Below, piece after piece: positions 1 to 13,013 of a stretch of DNA of 32,000 nucleotides. The notes below the pieces were generated by a model, which had not been told where the DNA came from, did not search any database, and saw nothing but the letters and a program-made list of their open reading frames with translations. The DNA comes from Mycobacterium leprae TN (GTDB lineage Bacteria > Actinomycetota > Actinomycetes > Mycobacteriales > Mycobacteriaceae). Every line of letters starts with the position of its first letter. Position 1 is the first letter of the stretch. Both the position numbers and the translations under genes were made by a program. Location: contig NC_002677.1 of NCBI RefSeq assembly GCF_000195855.1, positions 1,410,001 to 1,442,000 on the forward strand, written 5' to 3'.

Positions 1-572
1 GGACGGTTGTCAGGACACGAGCGAGTCCAGTTGTGGCATGTATTCCTGAAGTGGAACAACCTTCACTTCCCCCTACTGTGATCACTTTTCTCCAAGTCGC
101 TCAGCGATTGCATTTCGCCCGACGGCCGCTACGTCATCGCAACTTCAATGGTTGCTAGCGGTGTGCACAGAAAGCAGGTTTTGAACTGCGATCTTTGCCT
201 AACACAATTGTCGTGATAACGTCTTTATCACGCCGACGGTCCTGTCGATAGCAATTGAGGCAGAGTTCGGTGCCAGCGGCTAGTTGATAACAAATATGGA
301 TCGTGATCGCGTGGTAGGTACTATATCCTCTTACCTGTTTAGTTGTTTAGTGGTCGTGCGCAAAAAGCGAAACCCGATCAGTCGGTGCAGGGCTTTCGTA
401 CCATCGCTGTATGTGCTGGTTTCTCCAGCTAGTGACCTTCGTTAGCTATGACTGAACTTAGGCGATGTAGTGGTGGTTGGATTCGCCGTTTCTGCAGCAT
501 TTACTTTATCCTGGTCTCACCTCCTTGCGGCTTGCGGTGCCACAACCCGCGCGGATCAGTAGAATCGTCGCT

Positions 573-765
573 AACGGCGTCGATCCGGCCATCACCGGTT
601 AGCCTTCGGAAGAATAGCGCTACGTCCTAGTAGAAGCCCAGTAAAACCGAACGGGTGGGCCCGTCACAGCCTCGAATGAGTGGCCGTGCGTTCGCGTGCG
701 GCAAGCGGGGTGGTACCGCGGCGCTCGCGCACCTAGCGCGTCGTCGTCCCCGTGTCTACTTGTGT
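573..765 (+). promoter_or_regulatory. T-box riboswitch leader of ileS (actinobacterial translational type)
   Basis: Canonical T-box sequence GGGGTGGTACCGCGG at 707-721. Upstream GATCCGGCCATCACCGG places a candidate Ile specifier codon ATC at 591-593. Then AGCCTTCGGAAGAA and ACCGAACGGGTGGGCCCGTCACAGCC resemble the known mycobacterial/Nocardia ileS T-box. The closing GTCGTCCCCG strand lies about 20 nt before the SD (AGGAG, 776-780). Confidence 0.93.
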
Positions 766-784
766 TAAGTGGCCCAGGAGACGT

Positions 785-3700
785 ATGACTAACAGCGCCT
801 ACCCGCGCACTGATCTGGGCGCCGACCAGCGCGGCGGGTCCCCAAATTTTCCTGCGCTGGAAGCCCAGGTCCTCGATTATTGGTCCAACGACGATACTTT
901 TCGGGCCAGCATTGCCCGTTGTGACGACGCCCCCGAGTACGTGTTCTATGACGGACCTCCCTTCGCTAATGGCCTGCCACATTATGGGCATCTGCTCACC
1001 GGCTATGTGAAGGACATCGTTCCGCGTTACCGCACCATGTGTGGCTATAAAGTAGAGCGCCGCTTTGGTTGGGACACGCACGGGCTGCCTGCTGAACTCG
1101 AAGTCGAGCGGCAGCTGGGTATCACCGACAAATCCCAGATCGACGCCATGGGAATTGCCGCGTTCAACGAAGCATGTCGCAAATCGGTGTTGCGCTACAC
1201 GGAAGAATGGCAGGCGTATGTAACCCGCCAGGCACGCTGGGTCGACTTCGATAACGATTACAAGACACTCGATCTGTCTTACATGGAGTCTGTGATCTGG
1301 GCGTTTAAACAGCTGTGGGACAAGGGTTTGGCTTACGAGAGCTATCGGGTGTTGCCGTACTGCTGGCGCGACGAAACCCCGCTATCCAACCACGAACTGC
1401 GGATGGACGACGACGTCTATCAAAGCCGCCAGGATCCGGCGGTCACGCTGGGCTTCAAGGTGCTGGGGGGTGACGATGAGGACCTAGTTGGTGCTTATCT
1501 TTTGGTGTGGACGACGACGCCCTGGACTTTACCGTCGAACCTGGCCGTTGCCGTCCATCCGGATGTAACCTATGTCGATGTCAGGGCAGGCGATCGCCGT
1601 TTCGTTTTGGCACAGGCGCGTCTGACCGCCTATGCTCGAGAGCTAGGCGACGAACCTGAGGTGCTTGCCACCTATCGTGGCGCCGATCTGCTGGGCAGGC
1701 ACTATCTGCCGCCGTTCCAGTATTTCTACGAGTCTGCTAGAAATGCATTTCAGGTGCTCCCAGGAGACTTCGTGACTACTGATGACGGCACTGGTATCGT
1801 CCATATCGCGCCTGCCTACGGCGAAGATGATATGGCGACCGCCGATAAGGTTGGCATCGTTCCGGTCACGCCGGTTGACTCTAACGGTTGTTTTGACGCC
1901 ACCGTGCCCGATTACCAGGGGCAACACGTCTTTGAGGCCAACGCCCAGATCATCCGCGATCTGAAGAACCAGAGTGGCTCGGCGGCGGTGAACGGCGCGG
2001 TGTTGCTTCGTCACGAAACCTATGAGCACCCATACCCGCATTGCTGGCGATGTCGCAATCCGCTGATCTACCGTGCGGTGTCGTCATGGTTTGTCGCTGT
2101 GACGGAATTCCGGGACCGCATGGTGGAACTGAACCAACAGATCACCTGGTATCCTGAGCACGTCAAGGACGGTCAGTTTGGTAAGTGGTTGCAGGGTGCC
2201 CGCGATTGGTCTATCTCACGAAACCGCTACTGGGGCACCCCAATCCCAGTGTGGAAATCGGATGATCCCGATTACCCAAGAATCGATGTATACGGCAGCT
2301 TGGATGAGCTGGAGCGCGATTTCGGGGTGCGTCCCACGAATCTACATCGCCCCTACATCGACGAGCTCACCCGACCCAACCCTGACGATCCCACCGGCCT
2401 TAGCACCATGCGACGGATCCCGGATGTTTTTGATGTGTGGTTCGACTCGGGTTCTATGCCATATGCTCAGGTGCACTACCCGTTTGAAAACGATGACTGG
2501 TTCGACGGGTTCGATTCCGCTGATTCTGACAAGCAGGTCGACGCGCACTATCCTGGCGATTTCATCGTCGAGTACATCGGTCAGGCCCGCGGTTGGTTCT
2601 ACACGCTACATGTGCTGGCCACTGCACTCTTTGATCGTCCGGCATTCAAAACCTGTATAGCGCATGGGGTTGTGCTGGGGTCTAACGGTCAGAAGATGAG
2701 CAAGTCGTTGCGCAACTACCCAGACGTTACTGAGATATTTGACCGCGACGGTTCCGATGCCATGCGGTGGTTTTTGATGGCCTCGCCGATCCTGCGTGGC
2801 GGCAACCTCATCATAACTGAACCCGGAATCCGCGAAGGCATGCGGCAGGTGCTGCTGCCGTTGTGGAACGCTTACAGTTTTTTGGCCCTTTACGCACCCA
2901 AAATCGGTACCTGGCATACGGATGTGTCGCATGTGTTGGACCGTTATATTCTGGCGAAGCTGGCGGTACTGCGTGATGATCTCAGTCAGGCGATGGAGGT
3001 CTGTGATATCTCTGGGGCCTGCGAACAGCTTCGCCAATTCACCGAGCCGCTAACGAATTGGTATTTGCGACGGTCGCGTGCGCGGTTCTGGGACGAAGAT
3101 GTTGATGCTATCGATACCCTGCACACCGTGCTGGAAGTGACCGCCAGGTTGGCTGCACCACTTCTCCCGTTGATCACCGAGATTATTTGGCGCAGTGTCA
3201 CTGGTGGGCGTTCGGTACACCTGACCGATTGGCCGCAAGCCAACCAGCTACCCGCCGACCCTGACCTGGTTGCTGTGATGGATCAGGTCCGACAAGTGTG
3301 TTCCGCAGCGTCATCGCTGCGCAAGGCTAAGAAGCTTCGGGTACGCCTTCCTCTACCGAAACTCGTTGTAGCAGTGTATAATTCACAGAGACTAAAGCCC
3401 TACATTGACTTAATCGGCGATGAGCTTAACGTCAAGCAGATAGAACTGACCGATGCTATTGACACCTACGGCCGATTTGAGTTCACCGTCAACGCTCGAG
3501 TGGCCGGGCCGCGATTGGGAAGGGATGTGCAGGCTGCCATCAAGGTGGTAAAGGCGGGAGAAGGGGTCGCCAACCCGGATGGCACCCTGACCGCCGGGCC
3601 CGTTGTGCTGCAACCTGACGAGTACAGTTCGCGGTTGGTGGCCGCTAACCCGGAATTTACCGCGGAGCTGCCCGACGGGTCCGGTCTTGTTGTGTTGGAC

Positions 3701-3964
3701 GATACGGTGACTCCCGAACTGGAGGCCGAGGGCTGGGCCAAGGATCGGATCCGCGAACTACAGGAGTTGCGTAAGTTGATCGGGCTGGATGTTTCCGATC
3801 GTATCCGGGTGTTGATGTCGGTGCCGGCCGAGCGGGCTGACTGGGCGCGCGTCCATCGCGACTTCATCGCTAGGGAAATCCTGGCCACCAGCTTCGAGTT
3901 TGGCGAGCCGGCTGATTCGGTGGCTATCGGAGATGGCGTCCGAGTCAGCCTTTTAAAGGTCTAA
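785..3964 (+). CDS. ileS: Isoleucyl-tRNA synthetase
   Basis: Intact 1059-aa ORF. HIGH-like motif [17 protein letters not shown] and KMSKS motif [12 protein letters not shown]. The ATG at 785 is 4 nt after SD AGGAG, so it is preferred to the upstream ATG at 752 in the ORF track. Confidence 0.98.
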   Translation: MTNSAYPRTDLGADQRGGSPNFPALEAQVLDYWSNDDTFRASIARCDDAPEYVFYDGPPFANGLPHYGHLLTGYVKDIVPRYRTMCGYKVERRFGWDTHGLPAELEVERQLGITDKSQIDAMGIAAFNEACRKSVLRYTEEWQAYVTRQARWVDFDNDYKTLDLSYMESVIWAFKQLWDKGLAYESYRVLPYCWRDETPLSNHELRMDDDVYQSRQDPAVTLGFKVLGGDDEDLVGAYLLVWTTTPWTLPSNLAVAVHPDVTYVDVRAGDRRFVLAQARLTAYARELGDEPEVLATYRGADLLGRHYLPPFQYFYESARNAFQVLPGDFVTTDDGTGIVHIAPAYGEDDMATADKVGIVPVTPVDSNGCFDATVPDYQGQHVFEANAQIIRDLKNQSGSAAVNGAVLLRHETYEHPYPHCWRCRNPLIYRAVSSWFVAVTEFRDRMVELNQQITWYPEHVKDGQFGKWLQGARDWSISRNRYWGTPIPVWKSDDPDYPRIDVYGSLDELERDFGVRPTNLHRPYIDELTRPNPDDPTGLSTMRRIPDVFDVWFDSGSMPYAQVHYPFENDDWFDGFDSADSDKQVDAHYPGDFIVEYIGQARGWFYTLHVLATALFDRPAFKTCIAHGVVLGSNGQKMSKSLRNYPDVTEIFDRDGSDAMRWFLMASPILRGGNLIITEPGIREGMRQVLLPLWNAYSFLALYAPKIGTWHTDVSHVLDRYILAKLAVLRDDLSQAMEVCDISGACEQLRQFTEPLTNWYLRRSRARFWDEDVDAIDTLHTVLEVTARLAAPLLPLITEIIWRSVTGGRSVHLTDWPQANQLPADPDLVAVMDQVRQVCSAASSLRKAKKLRVRLPLPKLVVAVYNSQRLKPYIDLIGDELNVKQIELTDAIDTYGRFEFTVNARVAGPRLGRDVQAAIKVVKAGEGVANPDGTLTAGPVVLQPDEYSSRLVAANPEFTAELPDGSGLVVLDDTVTPELEAEGWAKDRIRELQELRKLIGLDVSDRIRVLMSVPAERADWARVHRDFIAREILATSFEFGEPADSVAIGDGVRVSLLKV

Positions 3965-3989
3965 GTCGAGATCAACGTTTTGCCGAGCA

Positions 3990-4610
3990 AGTTTGAGAAC
4001 AGCCTTGCAAAACGTCGATCTCGACGCGAGAAAATCAGATGTAATCGCGTGCCAGCGCTGCGTGTCGTGTCGGACGTCGACATCATGAAATCCCGCTATG
4101 TGCAATCGATCCGGCGGCTCTTTCGGCGAGACATGATTGCAGATGTTGCAGCAGTTCAGGATATGGCAGAGTAGAGAAGTCAGGCTGTTGTTACCGGCGA
4201 AGACGCCGCCGGAGCGAAGCACCCGGAAGGTGTCTGCGAACAGCCGAGCTTGCTGCTTTGCGGTGTGGGACGTGATGCAGCATGTGTGAACGACACCACC
4301 TCGCTGAACTCGTCGTCCGGCAATCCGGTATCGGTGCCGTTTGCGTTGATGATGTTTGCCCGGTTGCCGTAGAGGTCCTGCAGTCTTTGGGCCATCGGCA
4401 GATCGATCTCGACGGCAGTGATTTTTGGTGTCTTGTCTACCAGCACCCGCAAAAATGCGCCATACCCCGACCTGATCCTCGAGGAGGTTATCGCCGAACT
4501 CCATGCCGGCGAGCACCCAAGGCAACAGCCGGCCTTCGATTTCCTTGGCCCAGTGGTCCGAAATTGCAGCACAACCTATGGCAGAGGTTCATGGGCATAC
4601 CAAAGGACGT
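3990..4610 (-). pseudogene. Class I SAM-dependent methyltransferase pseudogene (frameshifted)
   Basis: Minus-strand frames alternate. One frame gives GAFLRVLVDKTPKITAVEIDLPMAQRLQDLYGNRANIINANGTDTGLPDDEFSEVVSFT. The next gives ARLFADTFRVLRSGGVFAGNNSLTS...PPDRLHIAGFHDVDV. Together they make a typical methyltransferase core (E-x-D, LPDDEFD, LRPGG, AGF) broken by frameshifts. Confidence 0.82.
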
Positions 4611-4639
4611 AGACCAATCACCTATGGCCCCCAAATGCT

Positions 4640-7634
<2,995 letters not shown>

Positions 7635-7750
7635 TGGCCGGAAGCGACGATGAAGAGGGCAGAAATGCGGTGGGGAGGTGCCCCCCACAGGTGGGTGTGG
7701 GCGCCCCACTTTGGGGGCGTGCCTCAATTGTTTGCGGGGAAGAGTAGCGC

Positions 7751-8679
7751 TTGTGACGGACCGTTCTATGCCCATACCGGAGGGACTCGCGGGCATGCGT
7801 GTTGATGCTGGGCTGGCGCGCCTGCTGGGCCTGTCTCGAACTGCCGTAGCTGCTCTCGCCGAAGATGGCGGTGTCGAGTTGGATGGCGTGCAGGCGGGAA
7901 AGTCCGATCGGCTGACGTCGGGTGCCTGGCTGCAGGTACGCTTGTGCGAGGCACCGGCGCCGTTGGAGAACACTCCGGTCGACATCGAGGACATGACGAT
8001 CCTGTATTCCGACGACGATATCGTCGCAGTTGACAAGCCGGCAGCGGTGGCGGCGCATGCATCAGTAGGCTGGGCCGGGCCGACGGTGCTCGGTGGCCTG
8101 GCTGCTGCCGGCTACCGGATCACCACATCGGGTGTGCCTGAGCGCCAAGGCATTGTGCATCGCCTCGACGTCGGCACCTCGGGTGTGATGTTGGTGGCGA
8201 TCTCCGAGCGCGCCTACACAGTGCTCAAGCGGGCGTTCAAATGCCGGACGGTCGACAAGCGCTACCATGCGCTGGTGCAGGGCCACCCGGACCCGTCCAG
8301 CGGAACGATCGACGCGCCGATTGGCCGACACCGTGGCCACACCTGGAAGTTCGCAGTCACCAAAGACGGTCGGCACAGTATCACCCACTACGATACCCTG
8401 GAAGCCTTCGTCGCCGCGAGCCTGCTAGACGTTCATCTGGAAACCGGGCGCACCCACCAGATCCGAGCGCATTTTGCCGAATTGCATCGGCCATGCTGCG
8501 GCGACCTCGTTTATGGGGCCGACCCGAAGCTGGCGAAAAGACTTGGTCTAGAACGTCAATGGCTGCACGCTCGGTCGTTGTCATTCGCCCATCCGGCCGA
8601 CGGCAGGCGGGTCGAGATCGTTAGCTCCTACCCACCCGATCTGCAGCACGCACTGGATGTGCTGCGCGCTGAAAGCTGA
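7751..8679 (+). CDS. RluD-family 23S rRNA pseudouridine synthase (Rv1540-like)
   Basis: N-terminal S4-like segment, then catalytic motif [14 protein letters not shown] and [14 protein letters not shown] start at 7751 ([11 protein letters not shown]) favoured; ATG 7678 in the ORF track lies upstream of the conserved region. Confidence 0.93.
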
Positions 8680-8699
8680 CTGGCACCAACGTTCAGTCA

Positions 8700-9215
8700 G
8701 GTTTGCAGGTATCGACGAGGACTCGCGTCAAGTTCGCGACGAACGGCCCGTCGGCCTCAATGCGTTCATGAAGTTCCCACAGCCGGTTGCGATAGCGGTC
8801 CACAGTTAAAGTCAGGCACCGTCTAAATAATCTTACGGAGTAAGTAGATACTGGCGCCGATGTCGAAACTCGACTCGTAGCCGCTTCATGCGTAGATTCA
8901 CGCTACTGTAGGCCAACCGGCTTGTGTTTGCGTACTTACGAGGCTGGGGTGATACTCGGCCCATTTTTCGGGTTGCGGTCCGCTGAAGTACTCGATTAGT
9001 TCGAACATCGTTGCGGGTCTGATTTGCTACGCAAAGTAGGTGCCGCCCGGTCGGAGCATCTGAACGATCTCGGTCCACCACACGGAGATCGGATGACGGG
9101 AGGTCATCAGGTCAAACGCTCCTTAGGTGTGGGGGCGGCGTCGCGCCAGACTAAAACCTCGACGCTGCCGGTGTGCAGTGCTAACGTGGCCTATACGCTA
9201 GCCAAATGTTGATTC
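8700..9215 (-). pseudogene. SAM-dependent methyltransferase pseudogene (second, distinct family)
   Basis: Minus-strand translation around 9040-9110: RHPISVWWTEIVQMLRPGGTYFA*QIRPATMFELIEYFSGPQPEKWAEYHP, with an in-frame stop. It is followed by LRVEFRHRRQYLL and LTVDRYRNRLWELHERIEADGPFVA in shifted frames. Confidence 0.8.
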
Positions 9216-10618
9216 AAAGCCCGTTGATAGCCTCAGGACGGTCTTTGCTCCGTCGCATGGGGCCCTTGTACAGGGTACAGCAAAGAAAATTCCCAGCTCT
9301 CGACGGATACCGAATCAGCTTTTGCCGCCAGCTCTTTTCGCATGTGCATCGCATGGCAGACATTCTCAGCTAAATGGACCGGACCGTTGCCGGTATGCCC
9401 AGATATCGATTTAGCATCGCCTCGATGCGTACATTTGTTGGCCGGGGATGGCGAACCTGGAACTCGTTGATCGGGCGTTGCGGCGTCGTATAGACTAACT
9501 TGTTGCCGTTGAAATCAAGCCTGACCTCGCCTTGGTACTCTCAATATTCAATGCCTTGGTGTCTACCGGGCGTCACTGCCGGATGGTGGGATAAACAGGA
9601 TCGGCTGGTTGTCGTTCTAGTCGAGCACGGCGGTAGGCTAGTTGAACTGGTTGTAGAACTGTGCGGTCAACGACTCGGATCCGTGAAGGGCAGTGGCACG
9701 TGATCACCGTTGGTACCGTGGTAGCTGGGTTAGCGATTGCTAGCTGGACCAGCTGGATCTGATAGGCCTCTACCACGCAGGTGGATATATCGGCGTTTTG
9801 TGCGGAGCCCTATCGCGGACCGTGGACCAACGGTTTTGTGGCTGGTTGTCAGGGTGGTTTGGTCCGCGTCAGGACGGGCCGGTGCCTGGCTAATAGGCGG
9901 TCTGCAGCCGGTGGTCGAGCCCGGTCAGGCCTGGGCTGTAGTGGTTTCGCCCGATACTACGTCGTCACTACGTCGTCGGGGAGGGCAGTGGATCCGATGC
10001 CCCTGAGTGTCTCCGGCACAGAGTCTTAGCGGGGATTCCGACGGCTGTGAGTGCGGTCGCTCAAGTGTCTTGCCGCGAGAGTGGAAGTGATACTATGGTG
10101 ACTCCTCGCCCTGTATACACCTGATTGCATCGACGTATCGTTCTAGAACTCAGGCCTGCCGAGAGTTGCCGCGATAAATTCAGCCTGTTTATCCCTTACG
10201 ATGGCTCATTAATTCGTTCCGGTGAAAACGTGGGCACAGAAATCCTAAACGACAATTTCATCGTCTCGTATCCGCCAATCCTATCGGAGATTCTGACGGG
10301 CTCGCGTTTGTGGAATTGTGACGAAATTCCCATAGGGGCAGCCGGGAACTGCGATGTTCTGTGTACGTTAGCATCTGATCATGTCCACATTATGTATTGT
10401 TTAACAATCTGTTTTCCCGTTATCAGCCATAAATTTTGTCGTCTGTGCGGCGCCTGGGCTGGGTAACATGACGACGATCTTCATCGATTCATTCAGTGAT
10501 GTTCTCGGGTGGGCATGGTTACCCGGCTCGCATCACCCACGTCGTCCAGTGAGGTGGCCCTGGTCGGCGACCGGGGCAGCTGCGGTCCGAGTGCGAACAT
10601 CGCTAGGAGCGACGATCG

Positions 10619-11604
10619 ATGAATTTTGGCGACCTTACGAACCTCGCCGAAAAGCCGTTGGCGGCAATGTCCCATGTCGTCAACACCTCTAATTCCGCGG
10701 GGCGATACCCCTGTTCTATCTGCGGAACCTGCTTGATATGGTTCAGCGCCGCAAATGCGGCGAAGCGGTCGGTCGCAAGACCTGTCCTCATCACCGGAAG
10801 GTTGTCGGTTGTACGGTGCGGTAGCGGCCAAAATCGCAGCCGCAGGTGGCACGGTGGTGCTGGTCGCGTGCACCCTGGAGAACCTCGAAAAAGTAGCCTC
10901 GGAGAGTCGAGTTAGTCATCGCGGTGCTGTCCATGTGTAACCGAGCGACTTTTCCGACGTAGATGCTATCGCCGCTATGGCCGACCAGCTGCTCGCTGAT
11001 CTAGGCGGCGTCGACATGCTGATCAATAATGCTGGGCACTCGATTCGGTGGTCGTTGACGCTGTCTTACGATCGGATTCATGGCTGTCAGCGCACGATGC
11101 AGTTAGAATTGCCTGAGGACGGTTCAAATTCATCCCTGGGATGCGGGAACCTGGTATTCAGGCAGATTGTCAACGTTTTGTCGGTTGTGGTATGCTGCGC
11201 TTGGGTGCCTGCATCGCTAGCAACGCTGTGCTGGGCAGCCTGTGCGGTGTGATGGAAGCCGAGATAATGAACAACAACGTTCGATTCACCGCTGTACACA
11301 TGGCGTTGGTGCGTACGCTGATGATCAGACCGATCAACCTGTAGGATTAAGTTCCCGATGCTAACTTGAGAGCAGGTAACCTACGTGATCCTGCGCCGGC
11401 CTCGGTGGGTCCGCTCAACGTTCGCCCGTTGCCGATGCGGTTAACCTTGCGGGTGATGGACCGGTTACGCAACGGCGTGTTTGGTACGTTCACCTACTCT
11501 GCCGCCAAGGACTGCTAATCTGCCGTTAGCACAGCGAAGGTCGAGGAGTTCGATAAGCGAAGCGAAACATTGGTCCAAGTGAGTCGTGGGGTGCATTTTG
11601 GTGA
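10619..11604 (+). pseudogene. Short-chain dehydrogenase / acyl-CoA reductase pseudogene (Rv1543-like)
   Basis: MNFGDLTNLAEKPLAAMSHVVNTSNSAGRY; VLITG; MADQLLADLGGVDMLINNAGHSIRWSLTLSYDRIHGCQRTMQL; TVHMALVRTLMIRP; LDKRSETLVQVSRG, spread over several frames. Confidence 0.9.
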
Positions 11605-11619
11605 CGTCATCAACTTTCC

Positions 11620-12370
11620 GGAGTCGAACAATGGGACAACCTTCGTCATCACCGATCCCTCCTGAGACATCAGGGTCGAACTCCCTTGTGGCTTGGCCCG
11701 CAGCGGTTTTCCACTGCTGTTCATCGGTGTGGTGATGTAGACTGCCTCGGAGAGTTTGCCAACGAAGTAGACCAGGGATACTGCTCCCGCAGTTGAGGTC
11801 ATGCCTCTAGACCTCGGCTACCCCATGATCGCGCAAAGTTGGCGGACCGGCTTCGCTACTAACCGATCGGCGGTTTGTGCATACAGTGCCCGCCTTTGGC
11901 ACCAGCGGGCTATTGTGCACGTTTCCACTTGAACGCGAGAGCGGAGAGGTGACTCTCAACTCGATCGTGTTGATGGAACTGACGCATGTGGTGTTGCCGG
12001 GCATGGTTGAGCGCTGCTCCGGTGCGGTCATGAACATCGCATCGATGGTCGGTTGCCAGTTGATTCCCCACATGGTGGTTTATGCAGCCACCAAGGCCGT
12101 TGTCCCAGATATTCGCGTAGACTATTCACAAGGAGTTGCACGGTATAATGGGCATCGGTCAAGGTTTTGTGCTCGGCTCTGGTTCCGACCGAATGGGCCG
12201 AGATCGCCAATACCGAACGATTCAGTATTCTCCGTTGTCCAGGTGCAACCGCAGAACTTTACATGAAGTCGTGAGCGGCGGGTGCTGGACGGTCAGAGCA
12301 GAGTGGCGCTCAAATTGTCAGCACTAGCGGCAGATACGTATCGCGTTGCCTGCGATCCGTATCGGTAACC
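11620..12370 (+). pseudogene. Short-chain dehydrogenase pseudogene (Rv1544-like)
   Basis: RAKLADRLRY*PIGGLC, and VTLNSIVLMELTHVVLPGMVERCSGAVMNIASMVGCQLIPHMVVYAATKAVV (SDR S-x-YxxxK block YAATK), followed by a frameshifted C-terminal region. Confidence 0.83.
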
Positions 12371-12503
12371 GATTGCGTGTCGGGTAGGTCGCTAACTGGC
12401 GTGGATTCGGTTCCGTGCGATTTCGCGTGGGCTATTTAGGCCAGGATGATTAGCGTGGCTTGTGCTTGGTGTTATGTGTCGGCGTCGCCGCGGCTAGGCT
12501 CAG

Positions 12504-12945
12504 GTGGTGGCTGTTAAGTTGACATGACCGCCGATGTGTCGATGACTCCTCAGGACTCCTGGGACCATATTTCGGATCTGTCGGAGCTGGGCGATTGGCT
12601 TGTCATGAATGAAGGGGTGGCGTAGCGAGCTTCGTTAGGAGCTGACTGTAGGCACCCAAATGTGAGCGTGTGGGGCGCATGCCAAGGGCATGCGCAACCG
12701 GGTGATCTGGACAATCACGATATGGGACCTGCCCAATAAGTTGGCATTCTCAGTATCCTGGAAAGGGCGGCACCAAGTACGGCGTCACAGTTCACTGTGC
12801 GGTACAAAAACGACTGATCCACGTTTGGCTTGCACCTTGAGTGCGCCGGTCCTGCGCTGTTCGGTTCGCTAGAGTCCGCGGCGGCACGCGTGGTCAAAGG
12901 GTACGTAGAGAAATCGCTTAAGCAGTTTGTGAAGTTGTATGCCTG
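12504..12945 (+). pseudogene. SRPBCC / polyketide-cyclase-like protein pseudogene (Rv1546-like)
   Basis: Fragments [66 protein letters not shown] and [20 protein letters not shown], in multiple frames with stops, just upstream of dnaE1. Confidence 0.83.
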
Positions 12946-13013
12946 ACGAGGATCGAACACATGCGGCGACATGCCGAGATACCGTCAGTCGTCGGTCATA
13001 GACTGGCGTCTCT

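Noticed and set aside
1-570. Possible M-box (Mg2+) riboswitch or Rv1535-like gene upstream of ileS
   Set aside because: M. tuberculosis has an M-box linked to Rv1535 nearby, but I saw no recognisable M-box core or convincing protein relic in 1-570.
620-1081. 153-aa minus-strand ORF across the T-box and ileS start
   Set aside because: Overlaps a structured RNA leader and the ileS N-terminus; no protein family features.
12715-12972. Minus-strand 85-aa ORF upstream of dnaE1 considered as a divergent regulator
   Set aside because: The plus strand has clear Rv1546-like fragments across the same interval, so the minus ORF is a shadow.
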